NCBI GenBank assembly: GCA_963716275.1
Contig: CAVQTC010000005.1
Location: 40,959-104,958 of the forward strand
From: an uncultured delta proteobacterium
GTDB lineage: Bacteria; Myxococcota_A; UBA9160; UBA6930
Direction of reading: 5' to 3'
DNA: 64,000 bases
Position numbers and translations under genes: made by a program. The notes beneath the pieces are model-generated. The model made no database searches, was not told the origin of the DNA, and worked only from the letters and a program-made list of their open reading frames with translations. Below, one piece after another: positions 1 to 10,032 of this stretch (position 1 is its first letter; every line of letters starts with the position of its first letter).

Positions 1-2300
1 GGCCTTCGCGCTGCGGCTGCCGAGGATCGCCGGCAGCAGCAGCAGGTCCGCGAGCAGCGACGCGCCGATCGCGACGCCGGTCACGAAGCCGAAGCTCGCG
101 AGGCTCTTCCAGGGCACGAACACCAGCACCAGGAACCCGGCGGCGAGGGCGCCCGCCGAGGTGAACAGCGCGCGGCCGACCTCGCGCAACGAGGCGTCCA
201 TGGCCTGCTCCCGCGCGAGCCCTTGGCCTCGGAAGCGCTGGTAGCCCGTCAGCAGGTGCAGCGCCTCGTCCACGCCGAGCCCGAGCAGCACGGAGGCGAC
301 CATCGCCGTGCCGATATCGAGGGGGATGCCGAGGAAGCCCATCGCGCCCAGCGTGAGCAGCACGGGCCACGTGGTCGGGATCATCGCCAGCAGGGTGAGC
401 GGGATCGAGCGCAGGCAGACCCAGGTGAGCGCGGCGACGAGGGCGAGGGCGGCGCCGAAGCTCCCGATCTGGGTGTCGCGGATCTCGTCGATCATGTCGC
501 TCACCACGGCGAGCGGGCCCGTCACGATCGCGTGGGCGCCGGGAGGGAGCGCGGCGGCGACCTCGCTGCGCACGCGCTCCACCAGCGCGCGCAGCTCGTC
601 CTGCGGGAGCTTCTCGCCCTGGAAGGAGACGCGCAGCGCGGCGGGCTCGCCGCCCGTCGCCGGCGAGACGAAGAAGCCGACGAGGTCGCGCTGCTCGCCG
701 CGCATCAGCCGCAAGAGCTGGGCCGGCCGCTCTGGCAGCGCGCCTTGCCCCTCGAGCGCGAGGGGCTCGTGATGCACGAGCTCGTTCAGGTCGCGCATGG
801 GCTCGAGGATCGAGAGCGGATGGCTGAGGCCGCGCAGCGACCCGAGCCGCTCGATGCGCGCGAGCGAGGCCAGCGCCGGGAGCGAGTCGGGCTTCATGCC
901 CGGCGGGAGGAACACCGCCACCTCGAGCGTGTCGCCGCCGCGCAGCACGCGGGCCTCGCGCGCCCAGCGCACCACCTGGCTGCCCTCGCCGTAGAGCTGC
1001 TCGAAGCGCGCGTCGATCGAGAGCTCGCGCATGCCCACGAAGCTCAAGACCACCGAGGCGAGCGCCCCGAGCAGGATCGCGGCGCGGCCGCGACCCACGC
1101 GATCGGCGATCCCGTGCACCCAGCGCCGCCAGGTCGCCTGGGAGCGCGGCACCGAGATCCAGCGCGCCGGCAGGCGCACCAGCACGATCGGGAGCAGCAC
1201 GAAGGTCGCGCTGAACGCGGCCAGCACGCCGAAGGCGGAGATCCAGCCGAAGCGGACCAGGCTCTGGAGCCCGCTGTTGTAGAACGAGGCGAAGCCCGCG
1301 GCCGTCGAGAGCGCCGTGAACAAGCTCGGCCGCCCGACCTCGGCGAGCGTGCGCCCGAGCACGGCGGCGCGCGCCGCGCGGTCCCCCTGCTCCTCCTCGC
1401 TCGCGAGGTGCTCGGCGTAGGTCGAGATGACGTGGATGCCGTAGCAGACGCCGATCGTCAGCATGAGCGGTGGGCAGCACCTGGAAGAAGCTCGTGCGCG
1501 GCCAGCCGAGCCAGCCCTGGAGGCCGATCGCCCAGAGCAGCGCGAGGCCCGCGGTCGCGAGCGCGAGCAGCGCCGGCGCGACGGAGCGGAAGGCGAGCAG
1601 CAGGATCACGCCGACCAGCGCGACGATGCCGGGCACCAGACGCTGCACCTGCTGATCGAGCTCGCGCCCCGCGACCACGAACTCCACCGGCCCGCCCACG
1701 AGCGCGAACCGGAAGCCCTGCGCCTCGAAGCGCGCGAGCAGCGCGCGCGCCCCGTCCACGGCGCGCTCGGCCGTGGCGCCGGACGTATCGGTGAGCTGCA
1801 CGAGCACGGCGCCGGCGCGCCCGTCGGCCGAGATGATCTGGCCCACCCAGGCGGGATCGCGCAGCGCGCGTGGGGCGAGCTCGCGCAGGTCCGGCGGCGG
1901 GCTTTCCGTCCGGCGCGAGCTGGCGGGCGCGGGGCAGATCGAAGAGCTCCGGCGCGAGCAGCGGGCTCGTGGCCGGCCCCTCCACGTGGCGCACGCCGGG
2001 AAGCGCAGCGAGCGCGACCGCCACGTCGTGCGCCATCGCGAGCGCGCTCGCGTCGAACACGCTCCGGCACGGCGCCGGGGCCTCGCAGCGGAAGACGATC
2101 GCGAACGGCACGCCGCCGCCGAAGCGCGCGGCCACGGTCTCGAGCTCGCGCACCATGGGATGGTCGGCGCCCAGGAGCGCGCGGTAGCCGGTATCGACGC
2201 CCACGCGCAGGGCGCCCGCCGCGAGCGCGAGCGTGAACGCCGCCGCGATGAGCAGCACGACGAGCGGACGGCGCAGGCAGGCATAGAAGAGCTGCAGCAT
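1..2300 (-). pseudogene. RND-superfamily MMPL/HpnN-like lipid exporter; 3' end runs off the window; frame changes twice
   Basis: The N-terminus is in ORF 1458..2300 (MLQLFYACLRRPLVVLLIAAAFTLALAAG..., one TM then a periplasmic loop) and turns to Arg/Ala junk after about 130 aa. My reverse-complement reading continues the protein in the other two minus frames, with shifts near 1890 and 1475. The frame is open from about 1475 to base 1 and ends ...FVPWKSLASFGFVTGVAIGASLLADLLLLPAILGSRSAKA. The start at 2298-2300 lies 6 nt after the upstream stop. Confidence 0.7.
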
Positions 2301-2306
2301 CGAGCC

Positions 2307-3369
2307 TCAGCCCTCGCCCGCAGCACGGCGCAGCAGCGCTTCGAAGAGTCCTGGCGACCGCGCGAGGGCGGCGAAGGCTGCGCGCCGCAGCCGCGGGCGC
2401 TCGGTCGCGAGGCGCAGGAGCCGTGCGAACGCGCGATGCGCGCGCGAGAGGCGCCGCCAGGCGCTCTCGTACGCGCTGAGCGGCGCCTCCGCGGCGATCG
2501 TCTCGGCGAGCGCGTCGGCGCAGCGCAGCGCGAGCGTGATGCCCTCGCCGGTGACCGCATCGGTGTAGCCCGCCGCATCGCCCACGAGCGCGACGCGGCC
2601 CGCGAAGCGCCGCCGCGCGGCCTGCCAGAACGGGCCCGCGCCGCGCACCGCGCTCGCCGGCTCGGCGCCGGCCAGCTTGGCCGCGAGCTGCGGGAACTGC
2701 TCCACGAGCAGGGAGGCGTAGTCGCGCCCATCGGCTTCGTGGAGCACGGCGATGCCCACTTCGTCGGGCGCCACCGGGGTCACGTAGGCCTCCGCGCCGT
2801 CGCGGAAGGTAGACCTCCACGTAGGCGCTCCACGGCGCGAGCCGAAAGTGGCGGCGCAGACCGAAGCGGCGCGAGCGCACGGGCAGCGCGAGACCGGCGC
2901 GCGCGCGCACGCGGCTCCCGAGGCCGTCGGCCCCCACCAGGAAGCGCGCGCGGAGCTCGCCGCGCGAGGTGCGCGCGCACACGCGCCCCTCGCGCTCCGC
3001 GAAGTCGAGGAGCTCGCACTCGCTCTCCACCGCCACCCCCGCGCGCGCGGCGGCGGCGCGCAGCGCGGCGGAGAGGCGCGTGCGGCGCACGCCGAGGCCA
3101 GCGCCGCTCGCGAAATCGCCGGCGAGCTCGTGCGCGCCCTCGAGGAAGCGCACACCGCGGAAGGGCGCCCCGCCTAGCTCCTCCGCTCCCACGCCCAGGG
3201 CCGCGAGCGCGCGCACACCGGGCGGCATGATTCCTTCGCCGCACGCCTTGTCGAGCGGTCCGGCGCGCCGCTCGATCACGCGGGCGGAGACCCCGCGTCG
3301 CGCGAGCGCGATCGCGGTGGCGAGCCCCGCCGGCCCGGCGCCGACGACGAGGACGTCAACGTCGGACAC
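2307..3369 (-). pseudogene. FAD-dependent hydroxylase/oxidoreductase (FtpE/SrsC-like position); one frame disruption
   Basis: About 187 N-terminal aa are in ORF 1606..3369 (MSDVDVLVVGAGPAGLATAIALARRG, GxGxxG). The C-terminal part is in ORF 2307..3155 (GDAAGYTDAVTGEGI). The span is 1063 nt (3n+1), with the shift near 2808. Confidence 0.75.
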
Positions 3370-5092
3370 GCTGGAACGCGCGCCGGGAGCGCAGCAGCTC
3401 GAGGGCGAGGCGCGGGAGCGAGGCGGGCGGCGGCGCGGCGAGCGCGCCGGCGAGCTCGAGGCGAAGGGCCTCGGCGCGCCGGATCTTGCCGCTCGAGGTG
3501 CGCGGCAGCGTCCCCGGCGCCAGCACGCGCACGCGGCTCGGTCGCAGCCCGGTGCGCTCGAGCACGCGCCGCGTCAGGGCTTCAGCGAGCGCGGCGTCGC
3601 CGGGTCCGTCGTGCGTGCGCTCGACGAACAGCCAGAGCTGCTCGCCACTGCCGTCCTCGGCGAGCGCGCCGACCGCCGCGCTGCAGCCCGCGCGCACGCC
3701 AGCGAGCCCCTCGATCGCGTGCTCGATCTCGTGGGGCGCGTGATTGCGGCCGCGCAAGATGATCACGTCCTTGCTGCGCCCGAACAGGTGAAGCTCGCCC
3801 TCGAGCAGGAAGCCTGTGTCCCCGGTGTCGAGCCAGCCGTCGACCAGCACGCGCTTCGTCTCTTCGGGCAGGCCGTCGTAGCCCTGCATCAAGGAGGGGC
3901 CGCGCACGCGCACCCGGCCGAGCCGGCCCTCGGGAAGCGCGTCGCCGTGCGCGTCGACGATCTCCACGGCGAAGCCCGGGAGGGGCGGGCCGAGGGCCAC
4001 GATCGGCTGTCCCGCATCCAGCGCGCGCGCCTCGCCGCGCTCGGCGAGGGCGCGCGCGTCGAAGTGGCGCACCCGGAAGCGCTCGCGCAGCGCGCTGAAC
4101 GTGACGGCCAGCGCCGCCTCGGCGAGCCCGTAGACGGGCGTCAGCGCCTCGGGCGCGAGGCCGTAGGGCGCGAAGCGCGCGAGGAAGCGCGCGAGCACCG
4201 CGGGCGTCACCGGCTCGGCGCCGTTCATGGCGACGCGCCACGAGGAGAGATCGACGCCGGCGAGCTCCGCGTCTTCGATGCGCGCGGCGCAGAGCGCGTA
4301 GGCGAAGTTCGGCGCCGGGCTGATCGTCGCGCGTCGGCGCGAGATGGCGCGCAGCCAGAGCGCCGGCCGCGCAATGAACTGCTCCGGAGGGATCAGCACG
4401 AGGTCGCGCTCGTGGAAGAGCGTGGTGAACACGCCGCCCACCAGTCCCATGTCGTGATAGAGCGGGAGCCAGCTCACCGCCGAATGACGGAAGCCCGCAC
4501 TTTCGGGGTAGGCGGCGAGGATCGCGCCGCCGATCGCGTCCACGTTCGCGAGCACCTGGCGATGCGTGAGGGCGACCGGCCGCGGAGTCTGCGTCGTGCC
4601 CGACGAGAACTGGATGAAGGCGAGCGCGTCGGGGTCGGGGGCGCTCACGGCGAGCGGCGCCGCCGGGAGCTCCTCGAGGCGCGCGCAGCCGAGGGCGGGG
4701 CGCGCGCGCTCGATGGTGCGGCCGAGCACGCGCCGCGTGCGCGCGTCGGAGAGCACGAGCCGCACGCGCGCCGCCCCGAGCATCGCCGCCGTCCGCTCGT
4801 GGTATTCGGCCAGCCGGCCGAGGCGCACCGGCGGATAGAGCGGGACCGGGATGGCGCCGGCCGCGAGCGCGCCGAAGAAGCCGTCGAAGAACTCCGGCCC
4901 GGTCGCGGCGATCACGGCGACGCGGTCGCCCGGCGCCACGCCCCGCGCGACCAGCCCGCCGGCGGCGCGCTGCGCGCGCGCGAAGAGCTCGGCGTGGGGA
5001 AGCGCGAGCTCGCGCTCGCGCGCATCCAGGAAGCGGATGCAGCCGTCGCTCCGCGCCGCGCGCTCGAGGCGCGAGATCAACGTGTCAGGCAT
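3356..5092 (-). CDS. Fatty acyl-AMP ligase (FAAL) family adenylating enzyme
   Basis: Intact 578-aa ORF. Adenylation cores are present: FSSGTTQTPRPV, YGLAE, GRSKDVIILRGRNHAPHEIE and SSGKIRR. It lies next to a stand-alone ACP, and its start overlaps the ACP stop by 8 nt. Confidence 0.85.
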   Translation of the reverse strand: MPDTLISRLERAARSDGCIRFLDARERELALPHAELFARAQRAAGGLVARGVAPGDRVAVIAATGPEFFDGFFGALAAGAIPVPLYPPVRLGRLAEYHERTAAMLGAARVRLVLSDARTRRVLGRTIERARPALGCARLEELPAAPLAVSAPDPDALAFIQFSSGTTQTPRPVALTHRQVLANVDAIGGAILAAYPESAGFRHSAVSWLPLYHDMGLVGGVFTTLFHERDLVLIPPEQFIARPALWLRAISRRRATISPAPNFAYALCAARIEDAELAGVDLSSWRVAMNGAEPVTPAVLARFLARFAPYGLAPEALTPVYGLAEAALAVTFSALRERFRVRHFDARALAERGEARALDAGQPIVALGPPLPGFAVEIVDAHGDALPEGRLGRVRVRGPSLMQGYDGLPEETKRVLVDGWLDTGDTGFLLEGELHLFGRSKDVIILRGRNHAPHEIEHAIEGLAGVRAGCSAAVGALAEDGSGEQLWLFVERTHDGPGDAALAEALTRRVLERTGLRPSRVRVLAPGTLPRTSSGKIRRAEALRLELAGALAAPPPASLPRLALELLRSRRAFQRVRR

Positions 5093-5336
5093 ACGGCGGT
5101 CCGCTGGCCCGCGCCCGCTCGATCCACGCCACGAGCTCGCCGATCGTGGTGACCTCGCGGTCTTCCTCGGGCTCGAGGCACACGGAGAAGTGGTTCTCGA
5201 TCTCGACCACGAGATCGAGCTGCTCGATCGAGTCGAGGCCGAGATCGGCGACGAGCGCGGTCTCGGGCGTCAGCTCCCAATCGTTGTGGAGGCGATCCCG
5301 CACCAGGCGCTGCAGCTCGGCGAGCGTCTCGCTCAT
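5085..5336 (-). CDS. Stand-alone acyl carrier protein
   Basis: These are the last 83 aa of ORF 5085..5774, starting at ATG 5334-5336: MSETLAELQRLV...DLGLDSIEQLDLV, with the phosphopantetheine Ser in DSI. The upstream part of that ORF is Arg/Pro junk. Confidence 0.85.
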   Translation of the reverse strand: MSETLAELQRLVRDRLHNDWELTPETALVADLGLDSIEQLDLVVEIENHFSVCLEPEEDREVTTIGELVAWIERARASGPPYA

Positions 5337-5905
5337 CGCGCGCTCCGCAGGTGGGGCGCGAGCCGCGGGCGGTCGCCGAGCCGCGCCGCGTAGCCGCAGT
5401 GCTCCGCGAGCGCGCGCTCCTCCACGCGGATGCGCACGCGCAAGAGCGCGGCGTTCGCCACGCTGAAGACCAGCGCCGTCAGATAGGCGCCGTGGATCAG
5501 CGGCAGTGCGATGCCCTCGAGCACGACGGCCAGATAGTTCGGATGGCGAAGCCAGCGGTAAGGGCCGTCCACCACGACGGGCAGACCCGGCACGACGATC
5601 ACGCGCACGTTCCAGCGCGGCCCGAGCGTGGCGATCGCCCAGTAGCGAAGCGCCTGGGCGAGCCCGGCGAGGAGCGCCATCGGGATGCCCAGCGCCGGGA
5701 CGAAGGGCCGATCGAGCACCACGACTTCGAGGGCCGCGCCGGCCAGCAGGCCCACGTGGAGCGCCGCCATCCACGGGAAGTGGGAAGCGCCGACCTCGAT
5801 GCCGCCCTGCGCCAGGGCCGCGCGCGCGTTGCGGCGCGAGAGGCGCAGCTCGAACATCCGCTCGAGGCCCACCGCGGCGAGGAGCGCGAGGTACGCGCTC
5901 ACCAT
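5333..5905 (-). CDS. ICMT/PEMT-family integral-membrane methyltransferase
   Basis: These are the last 190 aa of ORF 5333..7768, starting at ATG 5903-5905. The protein has several hydrophobic spans and the RHPNYLAVVLEGIALPL signature. An ATGA overlap joins it to the ACP start. Confidence 0.8.
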   Translation of the reverse strand: MVSAYLALLAAVGLERMFELRLSRRNARAALAQGGIEVGASHFPWMAALHVGLLAGAALEVVVLDRPFVPALGIPMALLAGLAQALRYWAIATLGPRWNVRVIVVPGLPVVVDGPYRWLRHPNYLAVVLEGIALPLIHGAYLTALVFSVANAALLRVRIRVEERALAEHCGYAARLGDRPRLAPHLRSAR

Positions 5906-6943
5906 CGCAGCAGCACCAGCTCCGAGCAGAAGCCCGGGCCCATCGCGAGCAGGAGGCCGAGCGTGCCCGCCGGCGGGCGCTCGGCGAGCGCGTCGGCGAG
6001 CAGGAAGAGCACCGATGCGCTCGAGAGATTCCCGACGCGCGCGAGGTGCTCCCACGAGGCCGCCAGCGCGCTCGGCGGCAGCGAAAGCGCGCGCTCGACC
6101 GCGGTCAGCACCTTGGGCCCGCCGGGATGGCAGATGAAGCGCTCGATCTCGGCGAGCGCGACGCCCTGCTCCGCGAGGAACTTGTCCACGTCGGGCCGGA
6201 TCCCCGCGGCGAGGTTCGGCACGTCGGCGGAGAGGAGCACGCGGAAGCCGCCGTCGCCGACCTCCCAGCCCATCACGCGCTCGGTGTCCGGGTAGAGCAC
6301 CGAGCGGGTGGCGAGGATACGCGGTCCAGTGCCCGGCGCTCGGGCGCCGCGCAGGACGACCGCGGCGGCACCGTCGCCGAACAGCCCGCTCGCGATCACG
6401 TTCGCGACCGACACGTCCTCGCGCTGGAGCGTGAGACTGCAGAGCTCCACCGAGAAGAGCAGCGCGGTCTGGTCCGGGAACGCGCGCAGGTAGTCGGCTG
6501 CGCGTGCGAGCCCCGCGGCGCCCCCGACACAGCCCAGCCCGAAGAGGGGCGTGCGCTTCACGTCGGCGCGCAGGCCGATGCGGTTGGCGAGCCGGGCGTC
6601 CAGCGAAGGGGCGGCGATGCCGGTCACCGTGGTCGAGAAGACGTGGTCCACCTGGGCGGGCGTGAGATCGGCTTGCGCCAGCGCCTCGCCCGTCGCGCGC
6701 TCCGCGAGGAGCGAGGCCCTCGCGAATCCACGCGTCGTTGGCGTCCCCGAAGCCACGAAGCTTCTCGTACTCCTCGATCGGGAGCGCCAGATGACGCCCA
6801 CCGACGAGAACGTTGCGGTGAATCTCCTCCAAGCGGTGGGGATTGTGGAAGCGCCCCTTCCACAGCCGAGCGAGGGCGCCGAGCAGCTCGTCCTGGTCGT
6901 AGTAGTGAGCCGGCAGCGCGCAGGCTGCGGAGAGGATCTTCAT
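5899..6943 (-). pseudogene. Type III polyketide synthase; one frame disruption
   Basis: The N-terminal ~75 aa (MKILSAACALPAHYYDQDELLG...DANDAWIRE) are in the frame of ORF 5333..7768, and the rest is in ORF 5899..6801. The catalytic Cys (FGLGCVGGAAGL), His (FICHPGGPKV) and Asn (VGNLSSASV) are all present. The span is 1045 nt (3n+1), with the shift near 6715. Confidence 0.85.
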
Positions 6944-7707
6944 CGGCTCTCGATCTCCTTGGGCCCCAGGCGCGGCAGCCAGTAGGGGACGCTCGCCTGG
7001 TAGCGACGGTAGCCGTTGGGGTCGCGGGCGATGTAGCGGCGCTCCTTCAGGCGCGGACCGAGCCAGCAGTACGCGGTCCAGAGCGTCGCGAGGAGCAAGC
7101 GGTCTTGCGAGACGACGGGTCCCGTCCAGAGCGTGAGTGCGAACGCCAGATAGATGGGCTGGCGCGTGAAGGCGAAGAGGCCCCGCGTGGAAAAGGGGCG
7201 GTAGCGGGGGCGCCGACCGCGCGCCACGGCTCCCCAGCCCAGAAAGCCGAGCTGGAGATCGAGGCCCGCGTCGCGCATCGCCCACATCACGAGCGCCCAG
7301 GAGCCGCCGAAGGCGAGCTCGCTCACCAGGCGCCAGGCTCCCTCGAGTCGAAAGGGCGACGGATCGAGCGGCGACCACACCGCGAACGTGAGCGCGACCT
7401 GGAGCGACGCGAGGAGCACGAAGCTGGTCGTCGCGAGATCGCGACCGAGCGGCGTGCCTCCGAGCAGCCGCTGCCCACGGCGCGTGAGCAACGCGGAGTG
7501 CAGCAACGGAAACTGCAACCCCAGCGCCGCGTCGGCGGCCCAGGCCGGGATGCCTCCGAGCCCGCCGGCCCCGAAGCGCAGTCCCTCGTGGAGGCTCGCG
7601 ATCATCGCGGCCACCGCCAGCGCGAAGGCGCCGTGGCACGCGATCCCGAGGCCGACCGCGAGTCCGCGCTGGGCAGTCGAGTATCCCGCATGGGCGTTCG
7701 CCCCCAT
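6940..7707 (-). CDS. Multi-pass membrane protein, methyltransferase-fold (NnrU/DUF1295/ICMT-like)
   Basis: These are the last 255 aa of ORF 6940..8328, starting at ATG 7705-7707. The protein is hydrophobic throughout and carries the motif FTRQPIYLAFALTLW. An ATGA overlap joins it to the PKS start. Confidence 0.65.
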   Translation of the reverse strand: MGANAHAGYSTAQRGLAVGLGIACHGAFALAVAAMIASLHEGLRFGAGGLGGIPAWAADAALGLQFPLLHSALLTRRGQRLLGGTPLGRDLATTSFVLLASLQVALTFAVWSPLDPSPFRLEGAWRLVSELAFGGSWALVMWAMRDAGLDLQLGFLGWGAVARGRRPRYRPFSTRGLFAFTRQPIYLAFALTLWTGPVVSQDRLLLATLWTAYCWLGPRLKERRYIARDPNGYRRYQASVPYWLPRLGPKEIESR

Positions 7708-7724
7708 GTCCGACACGCGCGCGA

Positions 7725-8344
7725 CTAGGAGCGCGCCGTCGTTGCGACGCCGGCAGCGGGCGCCGCATCCAGCTTCACGTCGACCTCGACGCGCACGCGA
7801 TCCTCGACGCGGATGAAGCCCATCACCGTCGGCGCCTCGAGGCCGAAGTCGGCGAGCGAGACGTCGAAGGCCGCTCGGAAGCTCGCGTGCTTGCCGGGCT
7901 CCTCCTGCCAGCGCGAGACCAGCGGCACGAGGCGCCGCTCGCGCTCGCCGATGCGCAGCGTGAAGGCGAGCGAGTCCGCCGAGGCTGCGGTGTGCGCGGC
8001 GGCTCGCAGCGCGTCGGGTGCGACGTGCTCGAACTGGGCGACGATGCGCGGGTGGTGCTCGGCGTCGAACATCAGGCGCATGCGGTTGTCGCGCGCCGAG
8101 ATGCCCGTCTTCATCTGCGCCACCGCCACATCGACGCGCGCGCGGTAGGCGCCATCGCGGCCGGGGGCTCGACGGCGAAAGCCGCGCAGGGCGCCTCGCC
8201 CTCGAAGTCGTGCATCGTGGAGGAGGCGAAGAAGCGCACGGAGCAGCTGCCCGAGACGGAGATGGCGTCCGCGCGGGCGCGCGCTCCGAGCGCCAACATC
8301 CCCAACAAGAGCGCGGCGCCAGCAACAACTCGAGCGCGCGACAT
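7725..8344 (-). pseudogene. Secreted YceI-like lipid/polyisoprenoid-binding protein; frame disrupted
   Basis: The signal peptide MSRARVVAGAALLLGMLALGARARA and ...SSTMHDFEGE are in the tail of ORF 8111..8959. The rest (MKTGISARDNRMRLMFDAEHHPRIVAQF...FIRVEDRVRVEVDVKL) is in ORF 7725..8129. The span is 620 nt (3n+2), with the shift(s) between 8130 and 8165. Confidence 0.6.
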
Positions 8345-8506
8345 GACCACCTCCGAGCGTCTCCCCACAGAAACCGCTCCCAACCCTAGGGGTTCCCGGG
8401 GTATTTGCCCGCGTGAACGAATTGGAATGTTTGTCCCATCTCGCCCCGGGAGCGCGCGCGAGCCCGAGCCGAGGTAACCTGCCGCACTTCCCTGCAGGAG
8501 CGACCC

Positions 8507-9276
8507 ATGAGCGGCGTCGGCGAGCTCTTCGACTTGAGCGGAAAGGTGGCGGTCGTCACCGGCGGGAGCCGCGGGCTCGGGCGCGAGATGGTGCTGGCCT
8601 TCGCGCGCGCTGGCGCGGACGTGGTGATCGCGAGCCGCAAGCTCGAGAGCTGCGAGCGGCTCGCGGAGGAGGTGCGCAAAGAAACCGGGCGGCGCGCGCT
8701 CCCGGTCGCGTGCCACGTGGGAGACTGGGCGCAGAACGAGCGGCTCGCCGCGGTCGCTTACGAGCAGTTCGGCCACGTCGACGTGCTCGTGAACAACGCC
8801 GGCATGTCGCCGCTCTACGACCACGTCGTGAACGTGAGCGAGGCGCTCTACGACAAGGTGCTCGACGTCAATCTGAAGGGCCCCTTCCGGCTGACGGCGC
8901 TGATCGGCACGCAAGATGGTCGAGGCCGGCCGCGGCTCGATCATCTTCGTCTCGAGCACGCGGCTCGCTCCACCCGCGCGGGAGCATCATCACCTACGCC
9001 GCCGCGAAGGCGGGCGTGAACGCGATGACCACGGGCTTCGCCCACCACTTCGGTCCGCGCGTGCGCGTGAACTGCATCCTGCCCGGGCCGTTCCTGACGG
9101 ACATCTCGAAGGCCTGGGATCTCGACGCCTTCGAGAAGCGCGCGCAGACCGACATCTTCCTGAAGCGCGGCGGCCAGCCCAACGAGATCGTCGGCGCCGC
9201 GCTCTACTTCGCGAGCGACGCCTCGAGCTTCACGACCGGCGCGCACCTCGAGGTGTGCGGCGGCGGGATCGGGTGA
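8507..9276 (+). pseudogene. SDR-family oxidoreductase; two frame disruptions
   Basis: VVTGGSRGLG and NNAG are in ORF 8507..9019. MVEAGRGSIIFVSS is in ORF 8916..9497. YAAAKAG and the C-terminus (...ALYFASDASSFTTGAHLEVCGGGIG) are in ORF 8413..9276. The shifts lie near 8915 and 8958-8975, and the span is 3n+2. Confidence 0.75.
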
Positions 9277-9919
9277 GCGGCACGACGACTGCGAGCGCGA
9301 GCAGCCCCGTGAGCGCGGGCTCCGGCGCGTCGAACATCTCGTCGAGCATCAGGTTGTCGAGCCCGATGAACGCTCCACCCGGGGGCAATGCCGATCCCAC
9401 GATGGTGATCGTAGGTGCCACGCTGTCGGCAGTGAAGATGAATCCATACGTGGCCCATTGCACGCCCGAGCCGGCAGAGTCGTGTGTCAGGGTGTGACTC
9501 ACGCCTCCGATCGTCACGAGCACGGAGATCGGCCCGCCGCAGGTCGCACCGGGCACGCAGCTCGCGATGTTCGAGACGCCCAGATCGGCGCTGAAGGTGT
9601 ACTGCTGGCCGATCGTCAGTGAGGAGAGCTGCTGGGAGATCCCCTTGCCGAGCGTGTTCCCGTAGCCGGCGATGTCGAGGAAGTTGGAGCCTTCGGAGGG
9701 CGTGATCTGGTACGAATTGGGCGCGTGGCAGACGGCGATCTCGCCTCCCACCGGTGCGAACAGCGTGAGCGAGGTCGACGCCGGCGTGAGCTGGCTGCAG
9801 CCATCGCCGGCGAAGGTCCCCGTGAACGTCTCGAAGCTCGGGTTGAAGATCAGATGAGCCTGGGCTTCCGATCCCAGCCCGACCGCCAGCAGCGAGACCA
9901 ACGCGAACTGGATGCGCAT
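9230..9919 (-). CDS. Secreted PEP-CTERM-anchored protein with beta-sandwich (DUF642-like) domain
   Basis: These are the last 229 aa of ORF 9230..10936, starting at ATG 9917-9919. They contain a signal peptide (MRIQFALVSLLAVGLGSEAQA) and a C-terminal sorting signal (APEPALTGLLALAVVVPLTRSRRR: PEP motif, TM span, Arg cluster). Confidence 0.7.
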   Translation of the reverse strand: MRIQFALVSLLAVGLGSEAQAHLIFNPSFETFTGTFAGDGCSQLTPASTSLTLFAPVGGEIAVCHAPNSYQITPSEGSNFLDIAGYGNTLGKGISQQLSSLTIGQQYTFSADLGVSNIASCVPGATCGGPISVLVTIGGVSHTLTHDSAGSGVQWATYGFIFTADSVAPTITIVGSALPPGGAFIGLDNLMLDEMFDAPEPALTGLLALAVVVPLTRSRRRTPRGARRS

Positions 9920-10032
9920 GACGCCTCCGCAGCGACAAGAGTAGAGTGGCCGCGGCGGCCGATCGGTGGCAGCACATTGCGCTGATCTGTGACGGCCGAC
10001 TGGCCGAACGTCGTAAACCTGCGTTCGGTCGC

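Noticed and set aside
223-1794. A 523-aa plus-strand ORF, with the nested ORFs 308..772, 797..994, 1031..1282 and 1463..2236
   Set aside because: The translations are Arg/Ala/Glu/Pro low-complexity sequence. They lie antisense to a membrane protein that reads cleanly on the minus strand. These are typical shadow ORFs of a stop-poor high-GC sequence.
5337-5774. A long N-terminal extension of the ACP ORF (track ORF 5085..5774)
   Set aside because: The extension is Arg/Pro-rich and overlaps the ICMT gene in another frame. ATG 5334-5336 gives a normal 83-aa ACP with an ATGA coupling.
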